Made by a program: the position numbers and the translations under genes
The notes under the pieces: model-generated
The model's database searches: none
The model's input: the letters and a program-made list of their open reading frames with translations, nothing else
What the model was told of the DNA's origin: nothing
Assembly (NCBI RefSeq): GCF_964019745.1
Contig: NZ_OZ026462.1
Span: 180,001 to 212,000, forward strand
From: Candidatus Saccharimonadota bacterium
Lineage (GTDB): Bacteria; Pseudomonadota; Gammaproteobacteria; Burkholderiales; Burkholderiaceae
Reading direction: 5' to 3'
Length of the DNA: 32,000 nucleotides
In this document: in pieces, positions 18,401 to 29,374 of the stretch
Position numbering within the stretch: position 1 is the stretch's first letter
How the letters are laid out: each line of letters opens with the position of its first letter

Positions 18401-19682
18401 TAAGAAAGGTATTATTAAAGATGAACGTTCTATACAAATTATAAAAGATAAATTAGAAAAATACAAATTAAATTTAATGGAAAAAATATTTTTTATTGAA
18501 AATGATTTGTTACAAAGATTAAAAAAAAAATTAATAAATAAATTTATGTATATTAATTTAGATGTTAAAAATAAAATTAAAATTACAAAAAAATTTTTAT
18601 TAAATTTAAAACTTTTAGATTTATTTGAAATTAATTTAGAAGATAAAAATTTAAAAAAATTTTTAAAAAGAATTAAAAAATTATTTTTTTTAAAACAAGT
18701 TTATTTTCAAGATAAGTATATTAAAAAAAAAAAAAAATTAACAGAAGGTGATGAATTACCTTCTGGAGTATTAAAAATAATTAAAATTTTTTTAGCTATT
18801 AAAAAAAAATTACAACCAGGTGATAAGATGTCTGGTAGACATGGAAATAAAGGTGTAGTTTCTTGTATTTTAAATATTGAAGATATGCCTTATATGTCTG
18901 ATGGTACTGTAGTTGATATTATTTTAAATCCTTTAGGTATTCCATCTAGAATGAATGTTGGGCAAATTTTGGAAGCGCATTTAGGTTGGGCTGCTAAGGG
19001 TTTAGGTTTACGTTTACAAAAAATGATAAATTCTCAAAAAAATTTATTAGAAATACGAAAATTTTTAGAAAAAATTTATAATTTTTCTTATAAAAAAGAG
19101 AATTTTAATAATTTTAATGACAATGAAATTTTAGAATTAATAAAAAATATTAGTAATGGTGTTTATTTTTCTACTCCTGTTTTTGATGGAGCTACTGAAA
19201 AAGATATAGATTATTTATTAAATTTAGCTTATCCTAAAAATATTTCTAAAAAATTAAAAATTAATGAAAAAAAAAATCAAATTATTTTATATGATGGTAG
19301 AACAGGAGAGGCTTTTAAACAATTTATAACTGTTGGTTATATTTATTTTTTAAAATTAAATCATTTAGTAAATGATAAAATTCATTCTAGATCAATTGGT
19401 CCTTATTCTTTAATAACTCAACAGCCTTTAGGTGGTAAATCTCAATTTGGTGGTCAACGTTTTGGAGAAATGGAAGTTTGGGCTTTAGAAGCTTATGGTG
19501 CTTCTTATACATTGCAGGAGATGTTAACTATTAAATCTGATGATATTAATGGTCGTACTGAAATTTATAAAAATTTAATAAATAATATTGGTATAATTAA
19601 TATTAATATACCCGAATCTTTTAATGTTTTAATTAGAGAGATTCGTTCTTTAGGAATTGATATAAAATTAAAATATAAATAA
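15495..19682 (+). CDS. rpoB: DNA-directed RNA polymerase beta subunit (1395 aa), carrying an internal 23-aa tandem duplication
   Basis: Collinear with E. coli RpoB: [94 protein letters not shown] and [18 protein letters not shown]. Confidence 0.98.
   Translation: [1395 protein letters not shown]
17013..17150 (+). repeat. Perfect 69-bp direct tandem duplication (x2) inside rpoB
   Basis: Positions 17013-17081 and 17082-17150 are identical at 69/69 positions in a base-by-base comparison. The protein reads [23 protein letters not shown] twice. Two further nt (aa) of homology follow, at 17151-17152. Confidence 0.97.
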
Positions 19683-19718
19683 TTTTTTAAAATATAAAAA
19701 AAGGATATATAAAAATAT

Positions 19719-22700
19719 ATGAAACTTATAACTAATTTTTTAAAGTTTGTTAGATATAAAAATCAATTTAATTCAATAAAAATAAAATTAGCTTCTGATA
19801 AAAAAATTAGATCTTGGTCTTATGGAGAAGTAAAAAAATCTGAGACTATAAATTATAGAACATTTAGACCTGAAAAAAGTGGTTTATTTTGTTCTAAAAT
19901 TTTTGGACCTGTTAAAAATTATGAATGTTTATGCGGAAAATATAAACGTGTAAAATATTGTGGTGTTATTTGTGAAAAATGTGGTGTAGAAGTAACATTA
20001 ACTAATGTTAGAAGAGAAAGAATGGGACATATTACCTTAGCTGCTCCTGTAGCACATATTTGGTTTTTAAAGTCCTTACCGTCTAGATTAAGTATAATTT
20101 TAAATATGAATTTAAAAGATATAGAAAAAGTTTTGTATTTTGAAAAATATGTTATTATTAATCCTGGTAAATCTTTTTTAAAAAAAAAACAAGTTATATC
20201 AGAAAATGTTTATATTCAAAATAAAGAAAGATATAAAAAAGATTTTTTAGCTTTAATGGGAGCTGAAGGAATACAAAAATTATTATCTTCTATAAATATT
20301 AAAAAAAATATTAAGAATTTAAAAAAATCTTTAAAGAATTTAAAATCTAATTCAAAAGTTAAAAAACTTTTAAGACGTTTAAAAATTTTTGAAGCTTTAA
20401 AAAAATCTAATATGAAACCACAATGGATTATAATGAAAATATTACCTGTATTACCATCTGAATTACGACCGTTAGTTTTATTAGAAGGTGGTAGATTTGC
20501 AACTTCTGATTTAAATGATTTGTATCGTAGAATTATTAATAGAAATAATAGATTGAAAAAATTAATAAATTTAAAAGCACCAGAAATTATTTTAAAAAAT
20601 GAAAAACGTATGTTACAAGAAGCAGTTGATGCTCTTTTTGATAATGGTAGGTCTGGAAAAGTAATTTTAGGTTCTAATAAACGTCCTTTAAAATCTTTAT
20701 CAGAAATGATAAAAGGTAAAACTGGAAGATTTAGACAAAATTTATTAGGAAAACGTGTTGATTATTCTGGAAGATCTGTAATAATTGTAGGACCTGAGTT
20801 AGATTTACATCAATGTGGTTTACCTAGACTTATGGCTTTAGAATTATTTAAGCCATTTATTTTACAAAGACTTAATATTCTTGATATAACTACAGATTTA
20901 CAATTTTCAAAAAAATTAATTGATTCTCAAGATCCAATAATTTTAGAAATTTTAGAGGATATTATAAAAGAACATCCTGTAATATTAAATAGAGCTCCAA
21001 CTTTACATCGTTTAGGTATACAAGCTTTTAAAGCTGTTCTTATAGAAGGAAAAGCTATAAAATTACATCCATTAGTTTGTGCTGCTTTTAATGCTGATTT
21101 TGATGGTGATCAAATGGCAGTTCATATTCCTTTATCTATTGAAGCGCAAAGTGAAGCATTATCTTTAATGATGTCTGATAAAAATATTTTATTTCCTTCT
21201 AATGGAGAGCCTTCAATAACTCCTACTCAAGATATTATTTTAGGTTTATATTATGCTACTCAAAAATTTAAAAATATTGAAGATGAAAAAATAATATTTA
21301 GTGATGTACATGAAGTTATTGTAGCTTATAATAATAAAGTAGTTGATTTATTTACTAATATAATTTTAAGAGTTTATGAAAAAGAAAATTATAAAGATAA
21401 AAAAAATTTATCTTATGTTTATAGAAGATATAGTACTACAGTAGGTAGAGTGATGTTATATGAAATATTTCCAAAAAATTTATCTTTTTCTTTAATTAAT
21501 AAAATAATTAATAAAAAAAAAATTTCTAAAATAATTAGTATTATATTTTTTAAAAATGGAATAAAAAAAACAGTATCATTTGTTAATAAGTTAACTCAAT
21601 ATGGTTTTAAAATGGCTACTATTTCCGGTATGTCTATTTCTATAAATGATATGAAAATTCCTAAAGAAAAAAATAATATTATATCAATATCTAAAAAAAA
21701 AATTAATAAAATAAATAAACAATATTCTTTAGATTTAATAACTAAAAAAGAACGTTATAATAAAATAATAGATATATGGAGTAAAACTACTGAAAATGTA
21801 AGTAAAATTATGATATATGAAATGGAAAAAACATATAAAAAAAATAGTTATAAAAAAAATTTTCTTAAAAAAGATTTAAATCCTATTTATATTATGATTA
21901 ATTCTGGAGCTAGAGGTTCTTCTATACAAATTCGTCAATTAGCAGGTATGAGAGGATTAATGTCTAAACCAGATAATTCAATTATTGAAACTCCTATTAT
22001 ATCTAATTTTAGAGAAGGGTTAGATGTATTACAATATTTTATTTCTACTCATGGAGCTCGTAAAGGTTTATCTGATACTGCATTAAAAACTGCTAATTCT
22101 GGATATTTAACTAGACGTTTAGTTGATGTTACTCAAGATTTAATAATTTTAAAATATGATTGTTTTACAAAAAAAGGAATAAAATTAAAATCTTTAATAG
22201 AAAATGGAAAAGTTATTGAATCTTTAAAAGAAAGAATTTTAGGTCGTGTTTCTTTAGAAGATATTGTTGATTATGAAACAAAAGAAATTATATGTAATGC
22301 TGGTACATTAATAGATGAAGATATTATTGAAAAAATTAATTTTTTAAAAATTAATTCAATAAAAGTTCGTAGTCCATTAAAATGTAAAATTCGTTATGGT
22401 TTATGTGTTAAATGTTATGGTCGTGATTTGAGTAAAGGTGTTTTAGTTAATGTTGGTGAGGCTGTTGGGATAATAGCTGCTCAATCTATAGGAGAGCCTG
22501 GTACACAGTTGACTATGCGTACATTTCATATAGGTGGTGCAACTTCTAGAGTTATTGTAGATTCTTTTATAAAAACTAAAGTTAGTGGAAAAATTTTATT
22601 TTCTTCTTCTATGCGTTGTATTTTAAATAGTAAAAATAACTTAATTGTTATTTCTCGTTTTGGTAAAATTTTTATTTTAGATAAATTTAAAAATAAAATA

Positions 22701-23897
22701 GAACAATATAAAATTCCATATGGTGCAATTTTATTAATAAATAATAATGATTTAGTAAAAATTGGAGAAAAATTAGCTTTTTGGGATTCTTTAGCACGTC
22801 CAATAATTGCTGAAAATTCTGGTTTTATAAAATTTAAAAATTTTTTTAAAAATTTAACTGTTGAAAAAAAATTTGATTCTTTAATTAAATCAAATATTTA
22901 TTTAGTAATAGGTTCAAAGAAAATTAATAAAAAAAAACATTTTGAAATTTTAAGGCCTCAAATAAATATTTTAAATGAATTTAAAAATTGTGAGGAAAAA
23001 AAAGATGTAAATAAATTTACAACAATTAATTTTTTAATTGGTACTAAAATTATAGTTAAAAATAAACAATTTGTAAAAGTTGGTGATGTTATAGCATATA
23101 TTCCTGTAAATGTAAAAAAAACTTTAGATATTACTGGAGGCTTACCAAAGGTTGCAGAATTATTCGAAGCTAGAATTTCAAAAAATTCTGCTATTTTAGC
23201 AGAGATTACAGGTAATATTTTTTTTGATAAAGATATAAAAAATAAACAATCTTTAAATATTATAAGTTCTGATGGTATAAAACATAATTTTTTAGTTTCT
23301 AAAAATAAACAGATTTTAGTTCATGATGGACAATTTATAAATAAAGGAGAAATTATAGTAGAAGGCCCAATTAATCCTCAAGATATTTTAAGATTATTAG
23401 GTATTAATAAATTAATAAAATATATTGTTAATGAAGTACAAATAATTTATCGTTCTCAAGGTGTAAAAATTAATGAAAAACATATTGAGATTATTATTAA
23501 ACAAATGTTGCGTAAAGTAGAAATAATTTCTCCAGGAGATACAGATTATATTGTAGGTGAACAAGTAGAAAAATATGAATTATTAAATATTAATGATAAT
23601 ATTATTTTAAAGAATAAACTTCCTGCAACTTATATTCCTGTTTTATTAGGTATAACAAAAGCTTCTTTATCAACTGACTCTTTTATTTCTGCTGCATCTT
23701 TTCAAGAAACTACAAGAATTTTAACAGAAGCTGCAATTTTAGGAAAAGAAGATAATTTACGAGGGTTAAAAGAAAATGTAATAGTTGGTAGATTAGTTCC
23801 TGCAGGAACTGGTTTTATTTTTCATAAATTTAAAGAAAAAATTTTTAAAAAAAAATCATTGTTTAAGAAATATTTTAAATATTTTTTAAATAATTAA
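19719..23897 (+). CDS. rpoC: DNA-directed RNA polymerase beta' subunit
   Basis: Has the zinc-finger region CLCGKYKRVKYCGVICEKCGVEV, NRAPTLHRLGIQAF, the catalytic NADFDGDQMAVH, and GLPKVAELFEAR. Confidence 0.98.
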   Translation: MKLITNFLKFVRYKNQFNSIKIKLASDKKIRSWSYGEVKKSETINYRTFRPEKSGLFCSKIFGPVKNYECLCGKYKRVKYCGVICEKCGVEVTLTNVRRERMGHITLAAPVAHIWFLKSLPSRLSIILNMNLKDIEKVLYFEKYVIINPGKSFLKKKQVISENVYIQNKERYKKDFLALMGAEGIQKLLSSINIKKNIKNLKKSLKNLKSNSKVKKLLRRLKIFEALKKSNMKPQWIIMKILPVLPSELRPLVLLEGGRFATSDLNDLYRRIINRNNRLKKLINLKAPEIILKNEKRMLQEAVDALFDNGRSGKVILGSNKRPLKSLSEMIKGKTGRFRQNLLGKRVDYSGRSVIIVGPELDLHQCGLPRLMALELFKPFILQRLNILDITTDLQFSKKLIDSQDPIILEILEDIIKEHPVILNRAPTLHRLGIQAFKAVLIEGKAIKLHPLVCAAFNADFDGDQMAVHIPLSIEAQSEALSLMMSDKNILFPSNGEPSITPTQDIILGLYYATQKFKNIEDEKIIFSDVHEVIVAYNNKVVDLFTNIILRVYEKENYKDKKNLSYVYRRYSTTVGRVMLYEIFPKNLSFSLINKIINKKKISKIISIIFFKNGIKKTVSFVNKLTQYGFKMATISGMSISINDMKIPKEKNNIISISKKKINKINKQYSLDLITKKERYNKIIDIWSKTTENVSKIMIYEMEKTYKKNSYKKNFLKKDLNPIYIMINSGARGSSIQIRQLAGMRGLMSKPDNSIIETPIISNFREGLDVLQYFISTHGARKGLSDTALKTANSGYLTRRLVDVTQDLIILKYDCFTKKGIKLKSLIENGKVIESLKERILGRVSLEDIVDYETKEIICNAGTLIDEDIIEKINFLKINSIKVRSPLKCKIRYGLCVKCYGRDLSKGVLVNVGEAVGIIAAQSIGEPGTQLTMRTFHIGGATSRVIVDSFIKTKVSGKILFSSSMRCILNSKNNLIVISRFGKIFILDKFKNKIEQYKIPYGAILLINNNDLVKIGEKLAFWDSLARPIIAENSGFIKFKNFFKNLTVEKKFDSLIKSNIYLVIGSKKINKKKHFEILRPQINILNEFKNCEEKKDVNKFTTINFLIGTKIIVKNKQFVKVGDVIAYIPVNVKKTLDITGGLPKVAELFEARISKNSAILAEITGNIFFDKDIKNKQSLNIISSDGIKHNFLVSKNKQILVHDGQFINKGEIIVEGPINPQDILRLLGINKLIKYIVNEVQIIYRSQGVKINEKHIEIIIKQMLRKVEIISPGDTDYIVGEQVEKYELLNINDNIILKNKLPATYIPVLLGITKASLSTDSFISAASFQETTRILTEAAILGKEDNLRGLKENVIVGRLVPAGTGFIFHKFKEKIFKKKSLFKKYFKYFLNN

Positions 23898-23915
23898 TAT
23901 TATTAGTAATAATTT

Positions 23916-25712
23916 ATGTTAACAAAAAGAAGATATTGTGGTTTAATTACCGAAAAATTTATTAATAAAGATGTTAATTTATATGGTTGGGTTAATAAAT
24001 ATAGAAATCATGGTAAAATTATATTTATTGATCTTAGAGATAGAGAAGGAATTGTTCAAATAGTTTTTAATAAAAAAAATATTAAAAATTTTAAAATTGC
24101 AGAAAATATTCGTAATGAATTTTGTTTAAATATTAAGGGTATAGTTCAAAAACGACCTAAAAATAATATTAATTTAAAAATAAAAACTGGTTTAATAGAA
24201 ATTATAGTTTATAGTATAAAAATATTAAATAATTCTATTGAATTACCATTTAATTTAGATGATAAAAATTTATCAGAAAATGTTCGTTTAAAATATCGTG
24301 TTTTAGATTTAAGAAGAAAACAAATGCAAAAAAATATTTTTTTACGTTATAAAATAACTTATGAAATAAGAAAATTTCTTCATAAAAATGGTTTTATTGA
24401 AATAGAAACTCCTTTTTTAACTAAAAGTACTCCAGAAGGAGCTAGAGATTATTTAGTTCCTTCAAGAGTAAATATTGGAAATTTTTTTTCTTTACCTCAA
24501 TCTCCTCAATTATTTAAACAATTATTAATGATTTCTTCATTTGATAGATATTTTCAAATTACTAAATGTTTTAGAGATGAAGATTTACGCTCTGATAGAC
24601 AACCAGAATTTACACAAATTGATTGTGAAATTTCATTTTTAAATGAAAAAAAAATTAGATTTTTATTTGAAAAAATGATAAAAAAAATTTTTAAAAAAAG
24701 TATAAAAATTAAATTACCTGATATTTTTCCAATTATTAATTTTAATGATTCTATATTAAAATATGGAACAGATAAACCTGATATTAGAATTAAATTAAAA
24801 ATAAAAGATTTAACTGATAAAATTAATATTATTAAATATAAAAATTTTTTAAATTTTGAATTTAATAAAAATAATAAAATATTAGGTATGAAAATTCAAA
24901 ATGGTATTAATATGTCAAAAATAAAAATTAAAGAATGTATTAATTTATGTAAAAAATATAATTTAAAAAATATTTTTTTTTTTTTTGTAAATGATATTAA
25001 AAAAAATTTTTTAAATTTAAAATTTCCATTTTTTTTAAAAAAAATAAAAAAAAAATTTTTTGAAAAAATTATTTTTTTTTTAAAAGCTAATGAAAAAGAT
25101 TTAATATTTTTAGGTATTGGAGATATTAAAAATATTTTTTATATTTTTGGAAAATTACGTTTATATATTGGTTATATGGATTTTAGTATTAAAAATAATA
25201 TTTTTGATAAATTTTGTTATAAACCTATTTGGGTAATAAATTTTCCTTTATTTAAATATAATATTGAAAATAAATCTTGGGAATCTTTTCATAATCCTTT
25301 TACTTCACCTAAAAAAAAATATGAAAAAAATATTTTTAAAAATCTTGATAAAATAATTTCTAAATCATATGATTTAATTTTAAATGGTTGTGAAATTGGT
25401 GGTGGTTCTATTCGAATACATAAATCAAAACTTCAAAAAAAGATTTTTAAAATTCTTATGAAAAATAATAAAGAGAAAATTTCAAAATTTAATTTTTTAT
25501 TAAAAGCTTTAAAATTTGGTGCACCACCTCATGGTGGTATAGCTTTTGGATTAGATCGTTTAGTTTCAATTATGACAAATTCTAATTCTATTAGAGATGT
25601 TATAGCTTTTCCTAAAACTAGTCAATGTCAATGTTTGTTAACTAAATCTCCATCTTTAATAGATAAAAAACAATTAAAAGATTTAAATATAACAATAAAT
25701 TTTAATAAATAA
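23916..25712 (+). CDS. aspS: Aspartyl-tRNA synthetase (bacterial type)
   Basis: Shows [26 protein letters not shown] and [13 protein letters not shown], the class IIb AspRS motifs. Confidence 0.96.
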   Translation: MLTKRRYCGLITEKFINKDVNLYGWVNKYRNHGKIIFIDLRDREGIVQIVFNKKNIKNFKIAENIRNEFCLNIKGIVQKRPKNNINLKIKTGLIEIIVYSIKILNNSIELPFNLDDKNLSENVRLKYRVLDLRRKQMQKNIFLRYKITYEIRKFLHKNGFIEIETPFLTKSTPEGARDYLVPSRVNIGNFFSLPQSPQLFKQLLMISSFDRYFQITKCFRDEDLRSDRQPEFTQIDCEISFLNEKKIRFLFEKMIKKIFKKSIKIKLPDIFPIINFNDSILKYGTDKPDIRIKLKIKDLTDKINIIKYKNFLNFEFNKNNKILGMKIQNGINMSKIKIKECINLCKKYNLKNIFFFFVNDIKKNFLNLKFPFFLKKIKKKFFEKIIFFLKANEKDLIFLGIGDIKNIFYIFGKLRLYIGYMDFSIKNNIFDKFCYKPIWVINFPLFKYNIENKSWESFHNPFTSPKKKYEKNIFKNLDKIISKSYDLILNGCEIGGGSIRIHKSKLQKKIFKILMKNNKEKISKFNFLLKALKFGAPPHGGIAFGLDRLVSIMTNSNSIRDVIAFPKTSQCQCLLTKSPSLIDKKQLKDLNITINFNK

Positions 25713-25801
25713 AAAATTTTTAAAATAAAAATTATAAAATAATTAAAAAAAATTAATTTTATTAATTAATAATTATAAAAAAAAATAAATATTATAATAA
25801 T

Positions 25802-27046
25802 ATGAAAAATTTTAAAAAAATATTTACTAAAAATTTATTAATTCCTGATTTTATTAAAGATTCTTTAAAGATTTTTATTCAAAATTCTAAAGAATTATTA
25901 AAAATTAATAATTTTGTTAATCAATTAATTTTTTCTTATAAAAAAAAAATACCTTTAAGAATTAAATTTGGTTGTGATCCTACTTCTCCTAATTTACATT
26001 TTGGACATTTAGTTGTTTTAAATAAATTATATCAGTTACAAAATTTAGGACATAAAATTATAATTGTAATAGGAGATTTTTCTGCTAGAATTGGTGATCC
26101 TACGAAATGTAATGTAACTCGTCCTTTTCTTTCAAAAGAACAAGTAATAGAAAATTCTAAAAATTATTTTTCACAAATTGGTTTAATTTTAGATTTAGAT
26201 AAAATTGAAATTAGGTATAATTCAGAATGGTTTAATAATTTTAATATTCAAGATATTATTAAATTAACATCTTATTATACAGTTGCACGTATGATTGAAA
26301 GAGATGATTTTTCTAAACGTTTAAAATTAGGTTTCCCAATATTTATGCATGAATTTTTATATCCATTATTTCAAGGATATGATTCAATAATTTTAAAATC
26401 TCATTTAGAAATTGGTGGTTCTGATCAAAAATTTAATTTATTAATTGCTCGTAATTTACAAAAAAATTTTGGAGGTGTACCTCAAAATATTTTAACTATG
26501 CCTATATTAGAGGGTTTAGATGGTGTTCATAAAATGTCTAAATCTAAAAAAAATTTTATTAATATTGTTGATGATTCATATAAAATGTTTTCAAAAATTA
26601 TGAGTATTTCTGATAAAATGATGTGGAAATATTATAAATTATTATTATTATATTCTAAAAAAAAAATATCTTCTTTAAAAAAAAGTATTGTTATTGGTAG
26701 TGATTTAAAAAAAATTAAAATATCATTAGCTTTAAAATTAGTAACAAAATTTCATTCTTTAAATAAAGCTAAAAAAGCTTTATTTGATTTTATTAATTGT
26801 TGTAAAGGAGGTGTTCCTAAAAAAATAGATATTTTTTATTTATCTGGTGCTCCTTTATTAATAGGAAACTTATTAAAAAAAGTAAATTTTTGTTTTTCAT
26901 TTTCTGAAGCTTTAAGAATGATTATGCAAAAAGGTGTACGTATTAATGGTAATATAGTTACAGATAAATTTTTAAAAATTAATTCAGGTATATTTATTTT
27001 ACAAGTTGGTAAACGTAAATTTTTAAAAATTCATTTAATTAAATAA
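25802..27046 (+). CDS. tyrS: Tyrosyl-tRNA synthetase (type 2 / TyrZ-like sequence pattern)
   Basis: Has the HIGH-type motif (PNLHFGHLVVLNKL), GDFSARIGDPT, KMSKS, and a C-terminal S4-like domain (GVRINGNIV). Confidence 0.93.
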   Translation: MKNFKKIFTKNLLIPDFIKDSLKIFIQNSKELLKINNFVNQLIFSYKKKIPLRIKFGCDPTSPNLHFGHLVVLNKLYQLQNLGHKIIIVIGDFSARIGDPTKCNVTRPFLSKEQVIENSKNYFSQIGLILDLDKIEIRYNSEWFNNFNIQDIIKLTSYYTVARMIERDDFSKRLKLGFPIFMHEFLYPLFQGYDSIILKSHLEIGGSDQKFNLLIARNLQKNFGGVPQNILTMPILEGLDGVHKMSKSKKNFINIVDDSYKMFSKIMSISDKMMWKYYKLLLLYSKKKISSLKKSIVIGSDLKKIKISLALKLVTKFHSLNKAKKALFDFINCCKGGVPKKIDIFYLSGAPLLIGNLLKKVNFCFSFSEALRMIMQKGVRINGNIVTDKFLKINSGIFILQVGKRKFLKIHLIK

Positions 27047-28207
27047 AAAAATTAAAAAAATAATTTTTTATATAATTTTAAAAAAATATTAGAATTTTTA
27101 ATTTTTTAAATTTTATATATTAAATATATTATTATTTTTTTATATAAAATATTATTTATATTATAAAAAAATTTAATTATATTAATTTTTTAAAAATTTT
27201 AATAGATAGAAAAAAAATTTTATATTTTAAATTATATTTTGAATATCATATTTAAATATGATTATTATTAATAATAATTTAAATTTTAAAAAAATTATTT
27301 TTTTATTATTAATATAATAATAATAAATTTTTATTATTTTTAAAAAATTTTTAAAAAAATATAATAAATATTATTTATATTATTAATATTAAAAATATAT
27401 TTTTTTTATATTTTATAATAAAAATAAATATATAAAAATATTATTTGAATTTATAATTGTTTAATTTAAAAAATTTAAAATAATTATTTTTTTAAAATAT
27501 TTAAATAAAAAATAATATTTTTAATATTTTTAATAAAAATATATTTAATTTATATTATAATAATATTATATATTTTAATATAAAATAAAATTATATAAAT
27601 ATTTTTAATAATTTTTTATAATATTTTTATTAATAAAAATTTTTTAGAAGTTTTAAAAAAATTTTAAAATTAATAAAATATTATTTATTAATAATATATT
27701 AATTTTTAATAAAAAAATATTAAAATTAATTATAATATAATTAATATATTTTTAAAATTTATAATAATTTTTATTTTTAAAAATTTTTTTAATTTTAAAT
27801 TTTTTTTAATAAATTGTTAATTTATAAATAATTTTTAAATATTTTATTTATATAAAAAAAATAATAACATGTATTAAATATATATGTTATAATTTATATA
27901 TATAATATATATTGTATAAGTTATATTTAATTATAAATTAGATTAATTATATTTAAAATAAAAATTATTTTAATATTAATTTATTAAATTTAGTTTTAAT
28001 TTTAAATATTGTTTTTATAAATAATATAAAATAAATTATTAATTTTAAAATTAATTGTATTTTTTAATTAAAAAAAAATAATAAAAAATAAAAAATTGTA
28101 AATTTTGTAAATAAATTTAAAATTTTTATAATATTTATAAATATTTAAAATTATTATTAATTTTTTATTTATTTAAATATATTTTTTTTTAAAAAAAAAA
28201 TATTTTT
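27047..28207. other. Non-coding spacer of 1161 bp, almost pure A+T, between tyrS and aroC
   Basis: The track shows no ORF and there is no structured-RNA-like GC island. By hand count there are about 22 G and 2 C in about 1160 nt. Confidence 0.75.
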
Positions 28208-29293
28208 ATGTCTATACTTGGTAATATTTTTGGTAAATTATTTACTTTAAGTATTTTTGGTGAATCTCATGGTCCAGCTATTGGTTGTATAATAAGTGGT
28301 TGTCCTCCAGAAATGAATTTATGTGAATTAGATATTCAAATAGAATTAAATAAAAGAAAACCTGGGACTTCAATTTATGTTACTCAAAGATCTGAATTAG
28401 ATAAAGTAGAGATCCTTTCAGGAGTTTTTAAAGGTAAAACTACAGGTACTCCTATATCTTTATTAATACGTAATATTGATCATCGTAGTAAAGATTATAA
28501 AGAAATAAAAAATATTTTTAGACCTGGACATGCAGATTATGTTTATTTACATAAATATGGTATTCGTGATTATAATGGTGGTGGATATTCTTCTGCTCGT
28601 TTAACTGCAGCTTCTGTGGCTGGAGGGGCAATTGCAAAAAAATGGTTATTTGAAAAATATAATATTTTTTTTTTAGGATGTGTTAGCGAGATAGGGGAAA
28701 TAAAAATCCCCTTTAGATCTTGGAAAGATGTTCATACTAATATTTTTTCTTTAGCAAATTTTAATTATGTTTTAAAAATTAAAAAATATATTAAAAATTT
28801 GATAAAAATTGGTGATTCTTGTGGTGCGAGAATAAATATTATTGTTAAAAATTTACCAATTGGTTTAGGAGATCCTATTTTTGATAAATTAGATGCTAAT
28901 ATTGCTTATGCATTAATGGGCATTAATGCTGTAAAAGGTGTTGAAATTGGTGCAGGTTTTAATTCTATAAAATGCAAAGGTTCATTTTTTAATGATGAAA
29001 TAACTTTAAAAAAATTTTTAAGTAATAATTCTGGAGGAATTTTAGGTGGTATATCAAATGGTCAAGATATTGTTATTTCAATTGCTGTAAAACCTACTTC
29101 TAGTATTAAAATTCCAAAATTATCAATAGATGTTTCTGGTAAACCTGTAATTGTTAAAAGTTTAGGACGTCATGATCCTTGTGTTGGGATTCGTATAATC
29201 CCAATTATTGAAGCTATGTTAGCTTTATTATTTATGGATCATATTTTACGTAATAAATCTCAGTGTTTAGAAAGTAATAAAAAAAAAAATTAA
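28208..29293 (+). CDS. aroC: Chorismate synthase
   Basis: Shows [37 protein letters not shown] and [10 protein letters not shown]. Confidence 0.96.
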   Translation: MSILGNIFGKLFTLSIFGESHGPAIGCIISGCPPEMNLCELDIQIELNKRKPGTSIYVTQRSELDKVEILSGVFKGKTTGTPISLLIRNIDHRSKDYKEIKNIFRPGHADYVYLHKYGIRDYNGGGYSSARLTAASVAGGAIAKKWLFEKYNIFFLGCVSEIGEIKIPFRSWKDVHTNIFSLANFNYVLKIKKYIKNLIKIGDSCGARINIIVKNLPIGLGDPIFDKLDANIAYALMGINAVKGVEIGAGFNSIKCKGSFFNDEITLKKFLSNNSGGILGGISNGQDIVISIAVKPTSSIKIPKLSIDVSGKPVIVKSLGRHDPCVGIRIIPIIEAMLALLFMDHILRNKSQCLESNKKKN

Positions 29294-29374
29294 TAAATTT
29301 TTAATATTTTATTTTTTTTTTTTTTAAAAAAAGAGAAAAAAAATAATATCAATAAATTAAATAAAAAAAATATT

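Noticed and set aside
27245-27262. Perfect 18-bp palindrome atcatatttaaatatgat in the tyrS-aroC spacer
   Set aside because: A/T-only palindromes of this size are expected by chance in 98% A+T DNA. It has no flanking conserved boxes and no GC clamp, so it is not a convincing operator or terminator.
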